Positions 27,542-29,997 of a stretch of 29,997 nucleotides of DNA are shown piece by piece. The position numbers and the translations under genes are program-made. The stretch is taken from assembly GCA_038826135.1 (NCBI GenBank), contig JAWBON010000008.1, positions 1 to 29,997 of the forward strand, read 5' to 3'. Below the pieces are notes generated by a model that worked only from the letters and a program-made list of their open reading frames with translations, was not told the origin of the DNA and searched no databases. Source of the stretch: Candidatus Odinarchaeota archaeon. GTDB lineage: Archaea > Asgardarchaeota > Odinarchaeia > Odinarchaeales > Odinarchaeaceae. How positions within the stretch are numbered: the stretch's first letter is position 1; every line of letters begins with the position of its first letter.

Positions 27542-27628
27542 GCGGGGGTAGCCTAGTGGTATGGCGCAGGCCTGCTAAGCCTGTGGCGCGTATGCGTCGC
27601 GCGGGTTCGAATCCCGCCCCCCGCGCCA
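27542..27628 (+). tRNA. tRNA-Ser(GCT); no intron; CCA encoded
   Basis: Acceptor GCGGGGG/CCCCCGC, anticodon arm CAGGC-CTGCTAA-GCCTG, long variable arm, T-arm GCGGG-TTCGAAT-CCCGC, then G73-CCA. Confidence 0.96.
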
Positions 27629-27709
27629 TTGGAATTTATATTAAATTTTTAACATCTCTAACACTAATATACTTAAACAATTATTATATGTTTAATTACT
27701 GGTGATCTC

Positions 27710-28774
27710 ATGTATAAGACTGGTATTGTAATCAGCCATAATTATATGAATCATAATCCTGGGGCAGGTCATCCTGAATCTCCGGATAGGATTAAGGTAA
27801 TCTATGACTCACTTCAACATAGATCTCTTTTAAATAATGTGAATGTTAAATTATATGAACCGTTAATCGCCTTGATTCCTGAGGTTAAACTAATTCACTC
27901 TGAAGAATATATTAACAGGATTAAATCTCTATGCGAATCAGGCGGGGGTCCTATGGACTTAGACACGGTAGCCTCGCCTGATACTTATAAAACAGCTCTT
28001 CTAGCTGTTGGAGGCGGTTTAACCGCTGCTAATAAAGTTTTAGACGGCGAGGTAAAGAACGCTTTTGCGTTTGTTAGGCCGCCGGGTCACCACGCTGGTT
28101 TTGCAAGAGCACGCGGCTTCTGCTTCTTTAACAATATCGCTGTTTTAGCTGAATATTTGAATAAGATTAAACGGTTTAATAGAATCATGATTATCGACTT
28201 AGATGTCCACCACGGTAACGGAACCCAAGAGATCTTTTACTCTTCACCCTACGTGGTGTATTTAAGTCTTCACCAAGACGGTAGAACATTATATCCCGGG
28301 ACTGGTTTTCCATTCGAGACCGGCGTCGCCGAGGGTAAGGGTCATATAATTAACGTTCCCCTCCCACCAGGTACTGGTGATAAAACATATTTATTTGCGT
28401 TAAAGCAGCTTCTTTACCCCTTAACTGATATATTTAAACCTGAGATTCTATTAGTTTCATGGGGGTTTGACACATATTATAAGGATAGTATAGCCGCTTT
28501 CAAGTTAACACCACAAGCTTATACTGAAATAGCTAATGTTATTTTAAACGCTGCCTCCAAGCATAGTGATGATCGTGTAGTAATACTTTTAGAGGGGGGT
28601 TATAACCTCTCATCGCTTGGGAACCTTACTTCCAACGTAGTTGCAGCGCTAGCGGGTATAGATGACGTGTACCGGGAGGCTGGTGTTGAAGAGGATCCTG
28701 ATGTTGAAAAATATGTTAAAAAATTAATCAACGCTGTAAAAGCCGAGCTTAAACCTGTTTGGGGAGAGCTTTAA
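27710..28774 (+). CDS. Histone deacetylase family (AcuC/HDAC class II-like) Zn-dependent deacetylase
   Basis: HPESPDRI, RPPGHHA, GFCFFNN, DLDVHHGNGTQ, GFD, and LEGGY. The catalytic residues are intact, and SD GGTGAT precedes the start. Confidence 0.93.
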   Translation: MYKTGIVISHNYMNHNPGAGHPESPDRIKVIYDSLQHRSLLNNVNVKLYEPLIALIPEVKLIHSEEYINRIKSLCESGGGPMDLDTVASPDTYKTALLAVGGGLTAANKVLDGEVKNAFAFVRPPGHHAGFARARGFCFFNNIAVLAEYLNKIKRFNRIMIIDLDVHHGNGTQEIFYSSPYVVYLSLHQDGRTLYPGTGFPFETGVAEGKGHIINVPLPPGTGDKTYLFALKQLLYPLTDIFKPEILLVSWGFDTYYKDSIAAFKLTPQAYTEIANVILNAASKHSDDRVVILLEGGYNLSSLGNLTSNVVAALAGIDDVYREAGVEEDPDVEKYVKKLINAVKAELKPVWGEL

Positions 28775-28807
28775 TATGGTGGGTCGGGTGGGATTTGAAC
28801 CCACGAA

Positions 28808-28826
28808 TTTGCGAGTAAACCTACTT
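28808..28826 (-). other. Probable non-canonical variable-region tRNA intron (~19 nt, near 45/46)
   Basis: There are 24 nt between G43 and G49 instead of about 5. The insert contains an AGTA/TACT hairpin and a CTCGC that is complementary to GCGAG at the 3' side of the anticodon stem. The exact boundaries are ambiguous by 1-2 nt. Confidence 0.7.
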
Positions 28827-28834
28827 CTCGCGCG

Positions 28835-28851
28835 ATCCGGCTTCTCCAAGA
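28835..28851 (-). other. Canonical 37/38 tRNA intron (17 nt)
   Basis: TCTTGGAGAAGCCGGAT forms a BHB: central helix CUGG/CCGG, bulges GG|U and AU|C, inner helix CUU/AAG. Confidence 0.9.
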
Positions 28852-29014
28852 CCCCAGGCGCGGATCCTAATCCAAGCTAGACCACCGACCCGGCTTCACC
28901 GGTAATTTAGTAGGTGTTAAAGCATTTTATATATGCTTACCTTTTAACTTTATCGGCGTCTAACACGCTGGCTGAAACACGCGTTTCAATAGTATTAAAC
29001 TCTATTTCAAATTA

Positions 29015-29997
29015 TTAAGCGATTTCAGGATTCAACATCTCTGTTAAGAATTTTGCGAACTGTTTATTCTCCATGTAGTTACTTAGAATCTCCTCCTCAA
29101 CTAATATTTTACTGTCTGATTTAAGAGCGGTTCTTATGTGTTTTCCCAGGCTGATTCTTGTGTAGTCGATGTTTTCTAAAAAATCTTTTATATGCTCTTC
29201 ACCTCTTTTGATTAAAACCATCCATCTCCCATCTTCAACATACAGTTTTTTCACGTATTTATTGTTTTCATATTTTTCAAGAAATTTTTTTTCACCATCG
29301 CTTTTCACAGGCGGTCCTAGTTTTTTTTCAAACCCGCTTCTGAACAGTGACTCCAGCTTTAAAATGAATATAACCTCTCTCCTCTCATCTGTCCAAACAC
29401 TTGCAGAATGAATTTTAAAATCGTTTAATTCTAGGAATTTTTTAAACCCGTTTAGCGAACGGTGTAATTGACCCCATAGATTGTCAACGGGGATATTAGG
29501 GGCTTTTGTGAGAATGAAAAGTGTGTTCTTCACTTTCAGTTTCATCCTATCAGGTTTTAGAGGAGTTATCTCTTCAGGGAAAAAGAATTTTTCACTCGGA
29601 TTCTTTAAAAAGTTTTTAACGCTTTTAATAAATTTTTGAAGTGTCTCCCCGCTGACAGGTGAAGCTACATTCCTTTTATGGTCGACCGGGTCTATTACTA
29701 TTAGAGGATCTGTGAACTCTCTAATATTATTTACAGCAACTTCTTCAAGGATTATTGTCTCTTTATCACGCCAGTTCAAGCACTGTTCAAGAAGGTTTAA
29801 GAATGTTTTATAGTGAATTATAAGGAGCTCGCATAAATACCCTGAGAAGCCTTTAGTTTTAATCTCCGCCCCGTATAGTCTCTGGCCTATTAGGAAACAT
29901 TTTAATAACCGGATTTCAGCTATGAGATTTTGATCAATCTTCGAGAGCACATATATTGTATGTAACGGGCTCCTGTCAACAGCGGTTACCTTCTCGC
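29015..29997 (-). CDS. cca: Archaeal class I CCA-adding enzyme (5' end outside the window)
   Basis: The frame is open to the window edge: AVDRSPLHT.Y, EIRLLK.FL...LYGAE...GFSGYLCELLIIHY..F, L.VIDPVD.KRNVAS, and GPP. Confidence 0.93.
   Translation of the reverse strand, partial: EKVTAVDRSPLHTIYVLSKIDQNLIAEIRLLKCFLIGQRLYGAEIKTKGFSGYLCELLIIHYKTFLNLLEQCLNWRDKETIILEEVAVNNIREFTDPLIVIDPVDHKRNVASPVSGETLQKFIKSVKNFLKNPSEKFFFPEEITPLKPDRMKLKVKNTLFILTKAPNIPVDNLWGQLHRSLNGFKKFLELNDFKIHSASVWTDERREVIFILKLESLFRSGFEKKLGPPVKSDGEKKFLEKYENNKYVKKLYVEDGRWMVLIKRGEEHIKDFLENIDYTRISLGKHIRTALKSDSKILVEEEILSNYMENKQFAKFLTEMLNPEIA

Larger units (their letters stand above)
28777..28891 (-). tRNA. tRNA-Pro(GGG) with a canonical intron plus a second insertion in the variable region; CCA encoded
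   Basis: Minus strand: acceptor GGGTCGG/CCGACCC, anticodon stem CGCGC/GCGCG around CU-GGG-G|C, T-arm GTGGG-TTCAAAT-CCCAC, then A73-CCA. Confidence 0.92.

Noticed and set aside
17421-28774. Histone and HDAC-family deacetylase in the same window as a chromatin module
   Set aside because: They are about 10 kb apart with unrelated genes between them, the histone has no tail, and prokaryotic HDAC-family enzymes commonly act on other substrates.
27542-28891. tRNA genes as integration sites for a mobile element
   Set aside because: I found no duplicated tRNA 3' ends, integrase or compositional shift, and the flanking genes are ordinary.
1-29997. Selenocysteine or pyrrolysine readthrough, programmed frameshifts, inteins, CRISPR repeats
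   Set aside because: Genes ending in TGA or TAG are already full length for their families, I recognised no split reading frames or intein motifs, and there is no regularly spaced repeat array.

Overview
AT-rich (roughly high-30s % GC, by eye) archaeal chromosomal window made mostly of housekeeping genes. The proteins are archaeal-type, and an EMC6/OPTI-like gene suggests an Asgard (or TACK) lineage; this is inferred, not proven. Gene order: Lrp regulator, KaiC-like ATPase, prepilin peptidase; EMC6/OPTI-like membrane protein; Rqc2; two CBS proteins; dihydroorotase; two-subunit class I fumarate hydratase; DUF61; archaeal HTH regulator; Trm1; RlmE; RimK-like ligase; HypF; ThrRS lacking its editing domain; a short histone-fold protein; tRNA-Arg(GCG); Nif3; a membrane zinc-ribbon protein; hypC, hypD, hypE; a secreted transglutaminase-like protein; MoaA; an ECF S-component; a PIN/TPR-like protein; tRNA-Ser(GCT); an HDAC-family deacetylase; tRNA-Pro(GGG); CCA-adding enzyme (cut by the window edge). 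I saw no mobile element, CRISPR array or rRNA. Features most worth follow-up: (1) two tRNA genes that each carry two introns, one at a non-canonical site; (2) an unassigned GC-rich structured element at about 19.67-19.82 kb with possible kissing loops; (3) moaA, which has no ATG/GTG/TTG start before its radical-SAM motif; (4) a 631-aa PIN-helical-beta protein directly upstream of tRNA-Ser; (5) the truncated ThrRS with a probable Cys-to-Asp change at a zinc ligand; (6) a Bd0055/face-to-face-type histone. All family assignments come from motif recognition by eye, with no database searches.
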